Shown here: in pieces, positions 20,101 to 29,340 of the stretch | Numbering within the stretch: position 1 is the stretch's first letter | Layout: each line of letters starts with the position of its first letter | Origin: a virus | Taxonomy: Duplodnaviria; Caudoviricetes | Length of the DNA stretch: 64,000 bases | Virus record (IMG/VR): IMGVR_UViG_2901201504_000001 | Coordinates: 1 to 64,000 of that record | Direction: 5' to 3' (one strand) | The notes under the pieces: model-generated | Seen by the model: the letters and a program-made list of their open reading frames with translations, nothing else | What the model was told of the DNA's origin: nothing | Databases searched by the model: none | Translations under genes and position numbers: made by a program

Positions 20101-23100
20101 TTTGACTTGATATACCTGTTAATTGCTCTGCGACAGTTTTCAATTCACCCATATCGCCTGCTGCATTAGTAGCTGAATCACCCATACCTTCTAGGGATGA
20201 TGATGCTCCATCAACTGATCCAGACAAATCGCCCATCGCTGCTTCAGTATCTAATGTTGCAGTTAAGGTGTCTTTAGCTTTCGCATCAACATTAGATAAA
20301 GCATCGGCATTTTCAATATTAGCCTTTGAGTTACTATCTAAGCTATTAGTCATCTCATCCATAGCTTTTTGGCGTTCTTCAAGGCCTTTTTTCTTGCCTT
20401 CTAATTCTTGAACTTTAGCAACGTTCTCAGAGTACTCAACAAGTTGTCCAGAACTGTCTTTCATGTTGTTAACGTAATTTCTATATTCTATTTCGTCTTG
20501 CATAAGTTGTGATCTTATTTTGTCAGAACGCTCTCTGCTACCATCTTCAATACTCTTACTTAATTCTTTATTTAATTGTTTAGTGCGCTCTACATATTCT
20601 TTATCAGCATCATTTGTACCAAATACACCATGTTCTTTTTGATATTTTTGTATAGAGTCGAAGCGCTGTTTTACTGCATCCTCAACAGCTTTTAGGTCAT
20701 TATTTACTTCATCTAAGTCAACATTGACTGTATTAATCTCTATTCCATTAGCTGTAGAAGCTTGGAGGAGTTGTTCTTTTGTCATTTCTTTTAGAGTGCC
20801 GATATACTGATCTGCTTTTTCTTTGTTTAATGATAGAGCGTTACCGTATTCACCTGTCGATTCAATCAAATGAGGAGCAATTTGTTGTATGTTTTGAAGG
20901 ACTGACTGTAATTCTTCTTGCTTTTGTGCGTTATTTCCAGCACTTGGTGCTAGTTCGTTATACTGTGCAATTAATCCTTCAAGTCGTTGTCTTTGATTAT
21001 CTGTAGCTTGAGCATTCTTGTAAAGGGACTCTGTATTAATATCAGAAGCCTTACTTGAACCCATAAACGCACCAGCTAATAATTCTATAGCAACAACACC
21101 TAATCCAATCCAACCGAAAGAAGCTTTAACTCCCCATGATGCTAATTGTAGAGCTTTAAACGCTTTAACTGCTCCATAAGCTCCGGCTGCTATCAATGGA
21201 AGATATATATTTAACCCATGAGACATTTCAGTAAGTCTTGCGAAGCCAGTTGTTAAACTCGTAACTGAATTTAACAGAAGTACAATCAGTTGGCGAACTC
21301 CATTATCTCCGATAGTTTGCGATAACAATTGAAAAGAAGCGATCATTTGATTAGTTTGATACTCTAATCCACCCTCAAATACTTTCATCTCATTAACTGC
21401 ACTGTTATATGAGTCCATCGAAAAAATAGTATTTTCTGCAACTCTTGTTTGTTTCTCAAGGAGACTAGTAACTTTCGCTACATGCCACCCACCTCCAAGT
21501 TGGCTCGAAATAGCATTTTTGGTCTGAGCGTCAAAAGTCTCCCACTGACTTCCTAGATCGGAAAGTACATCAGTAGCAGAACGTAATTCGCCACTCATTT
21601 CTTTTGTTTTAATTCCAAGACCTTCAATCATACTCTGTGATTCTTCTCTTAAGTATCGACTGAATAAGGTCTTATAGAACGTGCCAGCCTCATTCCCGGA
21701 TATTTTCAGAGTTTCGACAGTTTGTGACACCATTCCAGTTAATTCGTGGAAAGAAACCCCTGCCATTGCGGCATTTGCACTTGATTTACTTAATGCCTGA
21801 GCTATACCTTCAGTAGTAGCACCTGTTTGGTTAGATACGCTATTTAAAGAATTTACAACATCAACAGTGTCAGATACTTCTAATTTATACTGTCTCATAA
21901 TAGCTACTAAATAGTTTGCTGCATCTGTAGCGTCTTTAAATTCACCAACAGTAGAAAGCAACATAGAGTTATTATTTAACTCTTCTGCTTCCCCTAGATC
22001 AAAACCAAGTTTGGAAATCTCCCCCAAGGATTTGAGAGTATTTTCTATGGTCTGACCATACTTAAATGCAGCAACAGTCGCATTATCAAAAACAGAAGAT
22101 ATATCTGAATTGTTTAGGACTTTTTCAATTGAGACTAATTGAAGATCCAGAGCATAAATATTATCTATTAATGCTTGAACACTATTTGTCGCCGTATAGA
22201 AAATGGTAGAAATTCCAGCCCATAGGGGGAACTTGATAGCGGCCTGAGAAACAGCGTTCAGTAAGGATATATTAGACTTATTTGCTTCATTAGATGCTCT
22301 TTTAATATTTAATAATTGAGATTCCATTTGTTTCAAAGAGTTTGAAGCATTTTTAGCAGAAGGGGGAACAGCTTGTAGGTCTCTTATTAATGAAGTTAAT
22401 CCTATTCTGTCTAGACCTTTAGCATTTGAGTTAAGTAGAGTTTTAGCATCACTCAATAATTTTGTTTGAAGGTTTTTATTGTTAGCATTTTGTTGTACAC
22501 GTTTTAGCGCATCGCTAATTTTATTAATCTCACTAATATTCTTAGAGCTATCTATTACTTTATTGAAATTCTTAAAAAACTGTTCGTTAACTTTACCTTG
22601 ATCATACAGTTGCTTTAATGAGTTTCGTAGCTTATCTTGACCGTAAGATAAAGAATCACTTATCTGTAATCCGTTTAACTTCGCTTTCATTTGGTCAAGT
22701 TCTTTTAATGTAGTAGCAATGTTAATACCTTTGCCAATTTGTTTTAACTCATCATTTGTATACTTTCCAGTACGTGCTAACTGAATTAAACTATTTCTTA
22801 ATTGAACTTGTGCTTTCTCAAACTTCTCAAGATTTTCAACGTCTTTATATCCAATAACATTTCCTTTTGTATCAGTTGTGATAGTTCGAGCATTACCCTT
22901 TGGGTCTGTATATGTAGATGTTTTCCCTTTGAGATTGCCGGCTTTATCATATCGTTCTACTTCTTTAATTAACTTGTTGTAATTTTCTGTTAAACTATTA
23001 AGATTTTTAGCTTCTTGTTGGATAACTTTATTTTTCTGATTCCTACGCTCAATCTCTTTTTGAATGATTTCACCAGACTTTAAATGATGTCTGATATTTT

Positions 23101-23359
23101 CTTTAATAGTTCCATCAAGTTCTTTAGTAATTGTTTTTTCTTCCCTAAGAACACGATTTAAATCTTGATTAATTTTCTTTTGATTCTCCATTGCTTTAGA
23201 GAAATCATTAAGTGTTTTCGTTACCTTGTCATCAATTTCAACTTTTAACTTAAGTTTATTGATTTTCTTTTCGATACCTTTTATTGCCGTATTAATATCA
23301 CCAATTGTAGTACCGACATTGAGTGTAGCTCCAATTAGAATTTTAATATCATTATTCAT
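14117..23359 (-). CDS. Tail tape measure protein with lytic transglycosylase (SLT) and M23 peptidase domains (YomI/CwlP-like)
   Basis: 3080 aa; TMP core; SLT IIKKESSFN..AKGLMQLMP..AYNAG; M23 HQGTDFA..YMHM..GAHLHLQI. Confidence 0.93.
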   Translation of the reverse strand: MNNDIKILIGATLNVGTTIGDINTAIKGIEKKINKLKLKVEIDDKVTKTLNDFSKAMENQKKINQDLNRVLREEKTITKELDGTIKENIRHHLKSGEIIQKEIERRNQKNKVIQQEAKNLNSLTENYNKLIKEVERYDKAGNLKGKTSTYTDPKGNARTITTDTKGNVIGYKDVENLEKFEKAQVQLRNSLIQLARTGKYTNDELKQIGKGINIATTLKELDQMKAKLNGLQISDSLSYGQDKLRNSLKQLYDQGKVNEQFFKNFNKVIDSSKNISEINKISDALKRVQQNANNKNLQTKLLSDAKTLLNSNAKGLDRIGLTSLIRDLQAVPPSAKNASNSLKQMESQLLNIKRASNEANKSNISLLNAVSQAAIKFPLWAGISTIFYTATNSVQALIDNIYALDLQLVSIEKVLNNSDISSVFDNATVAAFKYGQTIENTLKSLGEISKLGFDLGEAEELNNNSMLLSTVGEFKDATDAANYLVAIMRQYKLEVSDTVDVVNSLNSVSNQTGATTEGIAQALSKSSANAAMAGVSFHELTGMVSQTVETLKISGNEAGTFYKTLFSRYLREESQSMIEGLGIKTKEMSGELRSATDVLSDLGSQWETFDAQTKNAISSQLGGGWHVAKVTSLLEKQTRVAENTIFSMDSYNSAVNEMKVFEGGLEYQTNQMIASFQLLSQTIGDNGVRQLIVLLLNSVTSLTTGFARLTEMSHGLNIYLPLIAAGAYGAVKAFKALQLASWGVKASFGWIGLGVVAIELLAGAFMGSSKASDINTESLYKNAQATDNQRQRLEGLIAQYNELAPSAGNNAQKQEELQSVLQNIQQIAPHLIESTGEYGNALSLNKEKADQYIGTLKEMTKEQLLQASTANGIEINTVNVDLDEVNNDLKAVEDAVKQRFDSIQKYQKEHGVFGTNDADKEYVERTKQLNKELSKSIEDGSRERSDKIRSQLMQDEIEYRNYVNNMKDSSGQLVEYSENVAKVQELEGKKKGLEERQKAMDEMTNSLDSNSKANIENADALSNVDAKAKDTLTATLDTEAAMGDLSGSVDGASSSLEGMGDSATNAAGDMGELKTVAEQLTGISSQNISAMQEQIGVYQMLSEQENLSANMKTMLTNATNILSEAYPHLIDGKNLNILAMQEELDANNLLLQAVELSAEGQLSAQEQQTVNAALGAKARIEIIKQEIKALEEAQNVYLSRITAQNEHGGDDLRSEKNYMITQNKIGSLESELAKIKIPEFKGFKSKLEGIVNSTNRGTSATKGNTKSTKDNTKAKKDNKKATEENIEAYKNSIYVADAFKIKLDEINAALTKQNNLKAKFASHSENYRKALREEIKLLEKQKKLTQDEAKSLANQIKSGKIKETGVIDISNSVTSGSSKDKAPAGAYKGKYHAEINKAANTYGVDPFLIASIIKKESSFNSKAVSSAGAKGLMQLMPGTAKYLGVKNSFDPLQNIMGGTKYIAQMLAKTGGDIKKALIAYNAGMGNLNKVLNSKSGEWKEPKDYYNKVLSYYKDYTGANYSNGNKASKASTTPSPQSQSSNAKSVADYYFNNFKITSNLGDKESFRSKPHQGTDFANGKAGSPIKAVNSGKVLVSGWSDSAGNWVVVKQDDGTVAKYMHMLKKPDVKKGQRVDAGTILGKVGNTGDSYGAHLHLQIEANGKPIDAVKYLKQLQNTVNTGVSKVTDINYPTSEKTVADQLAAIDQAKAELLELNSDVSNLEQQILDLKDQIVQSYVDEFEYKKNIQKNKVQDLENRTYHLDTSSKEYRKNLEEQRKSVNEQQRINELEIKKVKYLLSLKEITAKKREELKGTLTDLMNERYEIADKRDATTLNIINSAMAEYAERVEKVDFLLGESEYNLSNYNDTSKEYRAELERQNELLYQKDTQLFYQIQALEEYLKKEKLTTEALKEKQKELAALKEAYRESTNSLKENANAKIEWTFRVSDKSIDDAVQKIEFIEYKMSLLSDDAGLEVKSGLFDEMNNELIKVNAELETAIQQTIKLRTETAVKGGDTGIFDDRLDSLLEQRRSNVQKLKQNYQDMLSNVEEAKSKIEEAESKANEEASKQFDKLLRDTEKNINAFQKIIDKANNSIELLETDQFTRKQELLGEALLATKNKANQIIAEFNQLRNVTVYSEEDAEALRSRLEQLKQELVDTNKSTIEYVKALEQVNFDSLTHEARLADAEIERLNNRLRSNMELLDGGLLSGTDLDFSFSIPQGSSLDLASFINDPISDIETEEIRIQNIRESSYGEQIRQAEAFHEQMKQQAEQYRMSLVEAEKQFQEAIQKQIEESDKKIADAKAKADKNDKNKAKLSQKEEKQQLEQHIKDIEAAMAVGLSNYSGAYSQQWDGVLKVLEQKLQEAKSKLDSLLAVEYQADNVNVPSDSNGGKKISKSPRANDKTYVPDRKPSKSPRAGGVPAYQKGTDSHNGGLALISEQGKELVVLPNGKTFVSSDNGAELVDLPKGSHVIPNKQTEMLLKSNSSPTVKNIPAYANGTWDWDRLMWDNEYWAAYLRGSDPQAYNQMMDNQNGYNSNDYYRDDQGYLIDKRDGSWVQPSYDVPYYSSDYTPPSNNYYEPSYNEPYYDYNDYYNGSSSNYYPDYNPAPYIPSADESAQSRLNELRSSKATVYSDKFVSKYDPYNKYGSIYENTRKGKQTSIKGLQQQLDAIENSSNTSDIKDLTEQILNKQNEISKEDMSFLIESLTDLSEQREKNARALKEELIRELESTDMTEEMRNQYREEIMRQDDIIAQSLKERKSLVGEMFEYEQKLREKRLHMIKEDEQNIQRIIAETKLNNPDDPKLIELNNQLLQQQAKYTGEIAKIRTELINQMKQYEVGSYEWNLLNQQLLQNEIGYQKDRLSNLDEENDKEERNIALKEKKDELEKVKKDKRFSIIDKDGNETLTYDKGKVADLEKEIADIEKQYRKDDIKEEYSKELALLEERLNNGIQMSPEQLAESQKYLDSLVEMYKKLNVKDVETKHSGGIIGDVPASPLQELVNKLFNTKPNEQIVKGQLGELMIPSKNIPNLFTNIGNLVNSIIPRNQPQAATVQHHYHFQDVTVKANNMDEFLGSLEHYNRTK

Positions 23360-23419
23360 TTAAACACTCCTTTTTAAATTTAGGCATAAAAAAAGAAGCG
23401 TCTAAATGACACTTCTTAA

Positions 23420-24100
23420 CTAAATTGCATTATTTTCTTGTTCATTGATTATTGCAGAAACTAGCTTATGAATTTCATAAGCTTGATCATACATTTTGTT
23501 ATAAGTAACTGATTCTTTCTTCAGGGGAGCAGTACTGTCTTTAACAGAAAATGAATTGGTAGGGGAGTATAAGTCATTAGTATTAATCTTAATTTGCAAA
23601 GTACTTATGTTTTGTGACGATGTCTGTTTAGCAGAAAGACCACCAATTACCGTTCCAACTCCACCGCCTACAATACCTCCAACCAAAGCTCCTCCTAACT
23701 GAGAGACTCTAGATGTTTTAGTTATAGTATTACCATTTTCAATTAATTCTGATTCCAATATAGACGAGTAGGGAAGGGATACAGGTTCTACATTGTTCTT
23801 TAATATATAGACTTGTTTATTTTGATGATCAAAAATTAATCTTGATAATCCGGTATCTGAATAAATGGACTTACTCGAATTAACATTCTCATCAGAAATA
23901 TAATTATCACTTTTATCCTTAAATTGAGACTCCTTCTTCTTTGTGTCATGAGATTTTGTAAATAGGAATCCCACATAGCAAACAAATGCTAACCCACAAA
24001 ATAAGAAAATATAAATATCACTATAATTTCGTAAAATGAAAGCTAAACACACACTGATAATAGTAGAGCTTATAAGAATTGTACCTAAATTATTTTTCAC
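23420..24100 (-). CDS. Membrane protein moron with own promoter
   Basis: Two N-terminal TMs, glycine-zipper GGALVGGIVGGGVG; extended -10 TGTTATAAT at 24130-24138. Confidence 0.6.
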   Translation of the reverse strand: MKNNLGTILISSTIISVCLAFILRNYSDIYIFLFCGLAFVCYVGFLFTKSHDTKKKESQFKDKSDNYISDENVNSSKSIYSDTGLSRLIFDHQNKQVYILKNNVEPVSLPYSSILESELIENGNTITKTSRVSQLGGALVGGIVGGGVGTVIGGLSAKQTSSQNISTLQIKINTNDLYSPTNSFSVKDSTAPLKKESVTYNKMYDQAYEIHKLVSAIINEQENNAI

Positions 24101-24324
24101 AAGATCACCTCTTGAATTAAATTAGGGATATTATAACATGTTTACCAAAATAATTTAATTACAAATAAAAGATGATTTTTATGTAGTAGGGAAGGGGAGG
24201 TTTTGTTCTAGTTTTGTCAGTGTCAAGGAGTCCTTCATTATTGAATACACTATCCGTAATCTTATCGAACAAACATATCACCTCCAAAATAAAGAAGCAC
24301 CCTTTTATAGGGTGCAATAGACAT

Positions 24325-24519
24325 TTACCAATCTCTACAATCCTGTTCACTTTCAATCTTAAAACGACTTTCATGTTGTACATTTATAATCTCTTTGGGA
24401 TGAATATGTTTAACTACTTTTTCCTTTACTTTGATTCTTACTTCAGTCGGACAAGTGATAATTTCTTCATCCCTTTTTTCACGGCGCTCTATACATTTAC
24501 GACATTCACAACAACTCAT
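24325..24519 (-). CDS. CotD-like spore coat protein (small, possibly truncated)
   Basis: MSCCEC...IITCPTE..VVKHIHPKEIINVQH resembles the CotD-family HIHP motif; RBS AAAGGTGG. Confidence 0.55.
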   Translation of the reverse strand: MSCCECRKCIERREKRDEEIITCPTEVRIKVKEKVVKHIHPKEIINVQHESRFKIESEQDCRDW

Positions 24520-24556
24520 TGTAAAACCACCTTTTGCATATTTTTTAACACAATAC

Positions 24557-24582
24557 ATCCTATGCAAAAAACTACAACAAGT
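24557..24582 (-). promoter_or_regulatory. Putative sigmaK-type promoter for cotD-like gene
   Basis: Minus strand AC-N16-CATAGGAT matches the mother-cell sigmaK consensus pattern. Confidence 0.4.
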
Positions 24583-24805
24583 CCTAGGACAGACATCTAA
24601 TTGTTAATGTTTTGTGAAAATGTTATATATCGTAAATGGTTCTGTTGACCCAATTCTATTTACCTATTATGCTTATAATTTTAAAATATAGTAAATGAAG
24701 AATTAACATGAAAAAATTATGTGGAGGTAGATGTTGTAATACTTGGAATAAACAGATAACTAATTACATAAACATATACTTATGACTCTTTAAAGGAGTG
24801 ACAAA

Positions 24806-25060
24806 TTGGTAAACAATAATTGTACAGAAAAAGATATCAGAATTATCCTATCTTATCTAAGAGGAGCAAGAAAAATACACAATGATACAATAAAGGCAGT
24901 AGTTAAATTGTTAGGTGGTAAAGAAATATCGGAAGAAATAGCTTATAAATATTTCTATAACAGATACACTAAAATAATTGAGAAACAACAACTAAAAGAT
25001 TTTGATTCATTACTTGATCGTGCAAATGAGTATTGTATGAAGTACTACATTGGATTTTAA
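24806..25060 (+). CDS. Hypothetical protein (counter-oriented moron)
   Basis: RBS AAAGGAGTG before TTG; hairpin CACCAAAAGGAC..GTCCTTTTGGTG downstream. Confidence 0.6.
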   Translation: MVNNNCTEKDIRIILSYLRGARKIHNDTIKAVVKLLGGKEISEEIAYKYFYNRYTKIIEKQQLKDFDSLLDRANEYCMKYYIGF

Positions 25061-25569
25061 TGTAGTGGTAATTTTAATCTTCTGTCCACACCAAAAGGAC
25101 TCTAGAAAATAATCTAAAGTCCTTTTGGTGGTTGAGTGTTTAAGTGTTTCAGTCTAAATTAGTAAAGTGTAATGAAACTTATTTAGCTGCATTATTTAGT
25201 TTATGAAATTATATCCATATAATCAATACGGTTAAGCATGTGTAAAAATATGTTCACATAGATTTGCATAAATTTTCACAAATAATGGTACATTATTTCT
25301 GTTTGGTGGGTAGAGTTAAGATGTAGATATATATATATAATTGTAGAAGAATAGTAAAATACAAAAAAAACAGACCACTTAAAAATAAGGGGTCTAAGAA
25401 CTTTGTTTAAATTTTTCCCTAGTAAATTATATCTAGAAAAAAGATAAATTTCAATAAAAATCAAATATTGTAATCAACTATACATATTTTATAAATTTTG
25501 GTTGTTTGTAATTATATTAACCGTTTCAAGTACACGCCCAATAGGGAAGAGGGCGTTTAATTCAAATGG

Positions 25570-26583
25570 CTAACCAAATATCTGATTCTTCTCTTCTTCA
25601 AAGTCACGAAGGTCATAATGTGCTATAGTAGTTGCTACATTTTCATGATGGGCAACATATTTTGAAACTAACTCTAATTTGACACCTTGTTCTAGGAGGT
25701 AAGTTACACATGAGGCTTTAAATAGATGGGGGTTAATACGTCTGCCTAAAATGTCAGAGAGAGTATTTGTACAGAAATAATCAGCCCATGAGGATGACAT
25801 TTGATTAATGATCCCGTTGCTTTTTGTTGTGAAAATATATTCATGGTCATAACCACGCTTTTCAAGCCACAACTTAACATAAGATAAAGCTTCACGATTA
25901 ATCATATAAGGTTCAACCTTACCATCTTCTCCTCGACCTTTCAAACGAATATTATGAGTATAAACAAAACTTGCTTCTTCAGAGAATGGATAGTTAACAA
26001 TTTCTGATTTGAATTGTTTGATTTCTGAACGTCTAGCTCCTACATTAAACGCAACAGCTAACCAAGCCATTCCTAAATAGTTTTGATCGTCTTCAAGAAC
26101 TTTCATCATTTCTTTATATTCATCATAAGTTACTTTTACTTTTTCATATACAGTGTTTTTAGGTATAGCTGGCAAACCTCTAGTGAAATTTCTGAATAAT
26201 TTATAGTCCTCATATCCGTCTTCACCAACAATAATATTTTCAATATAGTTACATAGACTTGATACGCAAGCTTTCTTTAAGTTCTGCCCACTCGAAGACA
26301 TTTTTCTATTATCTCGTAAATAGCTTATGTACCTTAAAAAGTCTCTTTTTGTAACCTTATGTAATGGTTTATTATTCATTGAATTGCAAATATACCATCC
26401 AAATTGTTTTAAAGCAGAAGTGTATTGTTTCTTTGTTTCAGGACTATGGTTTTGTACAGAAATAAATTCTTCCACAAGTTCTCGATATTCTGAGTTAACC
26501 TGTTTCCACATTTCATTAGTTATTTCAGGAAGCTTTCGTGCTCTATCCCTGAGCATGTTCATATTAATACTTTTTTCACTCAA
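25570..26583 (-). CDS. Tyrosine recombinase of the morphogenesis region (YomM-like)
   Basis: SAM-like N-domain, GARRSE, KG, PHLFK, HHEN..TTIAHY. Confidence 0.85.
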   Translation of the reverse strand: MSEKSINMNMLRDRARKLPEITNEMWKQVNSEYRELVEEFISVQNHSPETKKQYTSALKQFGWYICNSMNNKPLHKVTKRDFLRYISYLRDNRKMSSSGQNLKKACVSSLCNYIENIIVGEDGYEDYKLFRNFTRGLPAIPKNTVYEKVKVTYDEYKEMMKVLEDDQNYLGMAWLAVAFNVGARRSEIKQFKSEIVNYPFSEEASFVYTHNIRLKGRGEDGKVEPYMINREALSYVKLWLEKRGYDHEYIFTTKSNGIINQMSSSWADYFCTNTLSDILGRRINPHLFKASCVTYLLEQGVKLELVSKYVAHHENVATTIAHYDLRDFEEEKNQIFG

Positions 26584-26605
26584 TAAATTCCACCGCCATT
26601 ATGTA

Positions 26606-27037
26606 TTAATTCGTCCTTATACCACTACTATTTAAATCTTTCTTTAATGCCTGGGCTAACTTTTTACTATTCCGCAATTCATTAGCCGTATTCTCCATAA
26701 AAGGCCTAGCTTTATCTCTGTATTCAAAGTCATATTGATAGCCTTTACCTGTCTCAACGATAGCTGCTACATCTCGTCCTTCATCTTCACGAGTATTATA
26801 GATAGCTAAACCGTCATCAGTTTCTTTAGTTTCCCAACTATCTTTTAATAAACCTGTTCGTTTATAGGAGTAGGGGTTGTTTTCATTTGGAGTATAAACA
26901 TCATATACATCTTCTTGTACATGTTTCTGACCAGTTTTAATGACAGTGTTTTTAACAGAGTTTCCTTGATTCATTGCTTTGTTAGCTTGAGCTTCAATTA
27001 GCTGCTTTAATTGTTTCATATTTCGTACTGTTACCAT
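26606..27037 (-). CDS. HK97 gp10-like tail completion protein
   Basis: YKRTGLLKDSW..VETG..ARPFM motifs. Confidence 0.7.
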   Translation of the reverse strand: MVTVRNMKQLKQLIEAQANKAMNQGNSVKNTVIKTGQKHVQEDVYDVYTPNENNPYSYKRTGLLKDSWETKETDDGLAIYNTREDEGRDVAAIVETGKGYQYDFEYRDKARPFMENTANELRNSKKLAQALKKDLNSSGIRTN

Positions 27038-27109
27038 GTAATCACCTTATATTGAAAGTTTTTTAAACTAATCGCAAAAAAATACACCCACTTATAATAA
27101 GCGAATGTA

Positions 27110-27736
27110 TCAATTCGGTTTTAGCTCGAAAAAAAGTCTATCATCTATAATTACTTTTATTTTCTTATTTTCTAATCTTTTTTTATTGTTAGCACTAAGC
27201 AAGATACAATCATCTTTCACGTTTCCATTGTCGTCCTCCAGCACTGCATCATAAATATTTATTTTGAAAATAATATTTAAAATAGGATTAATGAAAATCA
27301 TTGTATATTTCAGATATATAAATCCTATAAAGTAAAACAAAACTAAAAATTGTAGTATCCCCGTTAAAGTCGTAAGATTTAAAGTAATAAAAGGGAGTAT
27401 ATACACTGCAATATAACTGGTTATATAATTATGATTATTATCTTTAAGTTCTATTACTTTTATTGAAGTACCATTTGTATTATTTTTAAATTCTGTGTTG
27501 CGTATCATTCTTTTTAATAGAATTAGTAATGTTACTGTAAGTAAAAAACAAAACACAACTACATATACCTCTGTGCATTCTAATAATCTTTTTACAATGA
27601 ATTCTTTATTAGAAATCATGGCTTGCACTTTACTGATTAATGACGATGAATTTTGGATAATTATTATCATATATAAAGGAATATATGAACTAAGGAATAA
27701 AATAACATTGTTGATTTTGTTACGTTTTCCGAACAA
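27110..27736 (-). CDS. kwaA: Kiwa anti-phage membrane protein KwaA-like
   Basis: LFLSSYIPLY..SYIAVYILPF..IFINPILN; four TMs; RBS AAGGGG before TTG at 27736; adjacent to KwaB-like gene. Confidence 0.75.
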   Translation of the reverse strand: MFGKRNKINNVILFLSSYIPLYMIIIIQNSSSLISKVQAMISNKEFIVKRLLECTEVYVVVFCFLLTVTLLILLKRMIRNTEFKNNTNGTSIKVIELKDNNHNYITSYIAVYILPFITLNLTTLTGILQFLVLFYFIGFIYLKYTMIFINPILNIIFKINIYDAVLEDDNGNVKDDCILLSANNKKRLENKKIKVIIDDRLFFELKPN

Positions 27737-27749
27737 TTTATTATCCCCT

Positions 27750-28709
27750 TTAACTCGTGATTTTTCTATTAACCTTTCGAACAGATGACGCAATATACAT
27801 TTCCATATCAACAGCGTCTTTTACACAACATCCACAAATTAAACTTATAACATCTGTGATGTTGCACGTTTTATCGCTGTAATTAATCTTATTCTCTTCA
27901 AATTCTATTTTTAAATTATACTCCTGTGCGACGGTTTTAGCTTGTTTAAAATTATTTTGTAACCACTGAAGCCTTTTATCTTTTATAACTGGTACAAGTC
28001 TTTTAACTAAGGTAGTACTGTTTATACATCTGGCATGAAATTCATCAAAATTATTTATTATATTTTGTTTTTTTAGATCGCCAATATTGGTATTAATATA
28101 TTTGATATGTTCCTCTTTAAATGAGAAAAAAGTGTTGAAATAATACTCATTAAAAATATAACAGTTATCATCAATTAAAATAGAATCAATTTTAAAATCT
28201 ACAATTAATAGATTTTTTGGATCTGTAAATTCTACATTGTCACCAAGTAATTTCATTATTTTATTCTCTTTTATCGTTTTTGCTCCTATGAATTTTCTGA
28301 ACGTTTTAATTTTTTCTTCATTAGTGTTTTTAATATCAACCACATATCCCCAAATTTCTATTGGTTCAAATTTTCTTTTAGAAATATTTTCACTTGCTAA
28401 AGGTGAAATAACATTAACAATTTTTTTAAGATTAGGTACGTCAGATGCATTTATTTTTTCAATACTTCCTTTTTCAGTAACGCTCACATTATAGTCGGTT
28501 ATTTCTTTATTTTTACTGTTTGAAACTAATTTATCACGATATTCCTCAATGAATTTTGGAAAGTCTTTATTACCAAGTCCAAAATAGGATGATGAATAAA
28601 TGTACTCATTAGTATCATCATCTATTTCTCTGAAAATTAAGTATACCTTTAATTCAGAAATAGGATTAGAAAAAAATAAACTCAGTTTTTGTTCTAATAG
28701 ATTTGTCAT
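27750..28709 (-). CDS. kwaB: Kiwa anti-phage protein KwaB-like (DUF4868)
   Basis: 319 aa; IWGYVV..FRKF..VDFKIDSI..YIFNEYYFNTFFSF pattern of DUF4868; very AT-rich insert. Confidence 0.75.
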   Translation of the reverse strand: MTNLLEQKLSLFFSNPISELKVYLIFREIDDDTNEYIYSSSYFGLGNKDFPKFIEEYRDKLVSNSKNKEITDYNVSVTEKGSIEKINASDVPNLKKIVNVISPLASENISKRKFEPIEIWGYVVDIKNTNEEKIKTFRKFIGAKTIKENKIMKLLGDNVEFTDPKNLLIVDFKIDSILIDDNCYIFNEYYFNTFFSFKEEHIKYINTNIGDLKKQNIINNFDEFHARCINSTTLVKRLVPVIKDKRLQWLQNNFKQAKTVAQEYNLKIEFEENKINYSDKTCNITDVISLICGCCVKDAVDMEMYIASSVRKVNRKITS

Positions 28710-28797
28710 AATATACTCCTTTATTTTCTATATTATTAAATATAGTATAAAGGGTAATTTGAGCTAGTGGGTGATATTGTTTGAAAAATTCAATTTT

Positions 28798-29340
28798 TTA
28801 ATTTACTGGATTAGCAAGTATATTTTTCACATTGTGTTTTTGTACGTATTCTTCAAATAATTGACGATTTTCCAGAGGTAGCTCTTGAATTTGTTTTTGA
28901 GCTTTACTTGCAATATCATGTAACTTTGCGTTAGCTTCAATTACTTCATGCATACGTTCATATACTTTTTGAATCGATTCAGGAGGGAAGGCTTCAATCA
29001 AGATTTTAAAAATTTCTGTGTTAAGTGCAATTTTGAATTCTTCGTAGATTATTTTAGCTTTTTTACTTTTTGTAAATTTTAAATCAGTAAAGTATTTAAC
29101 AATAAAATATCCAATGAGATCATCCTCTTCATTTTTAGGAATCTCAACTTTTTCTTTATTACAGTTTTGAATGAATTCTGTCATCTCATCAATTAGGTCA
29201 CGAACCTTATCCGGTTTAAAATAGGGATATAATTTGATAGAATAATTCGTCCCATCAGCTAGGGTAAGAGGTATTTCAATGAATTCATCGTACATTTTTA
29301 CTTCTTCTTTTAACATTGCAATACTTACTTGTTTACCCAA
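28798..29340 (-). CDS. Phage protein, possible tail assembly chaperone
   Basis: Located downstream of major tail protein; strong RBS. Confidence 0.55.
   Translation of the reverse strand: MGKQVSIAMLKEEVKMYDEFIEIPLTLADGTNYSIKLYPYFKPDKVRDLIDEMTEFIQNCNKEKVEIPKNEEDDLIGYFIVKYFTDLKFTKSKKAKIIYEEFKIALNTEIFKILIEAFPPESIQKVYERMHEVIEANAKLHDIASKAQKQIQELPLENRQLFEEYVQKHNVKNILANPVN

Noticed and set aside
24159-24600. ORFs 24214-24600(+) and 24159-24383(-)
   Set aside because: They overlap the cotD-like gene and terminator and lack RBS support.
25276-25464. 62-aa hydrophobic ORF
   Set aside because: It spans a promoter and terminator, has no RBS, and its hydrophobicity follows from T-richness.
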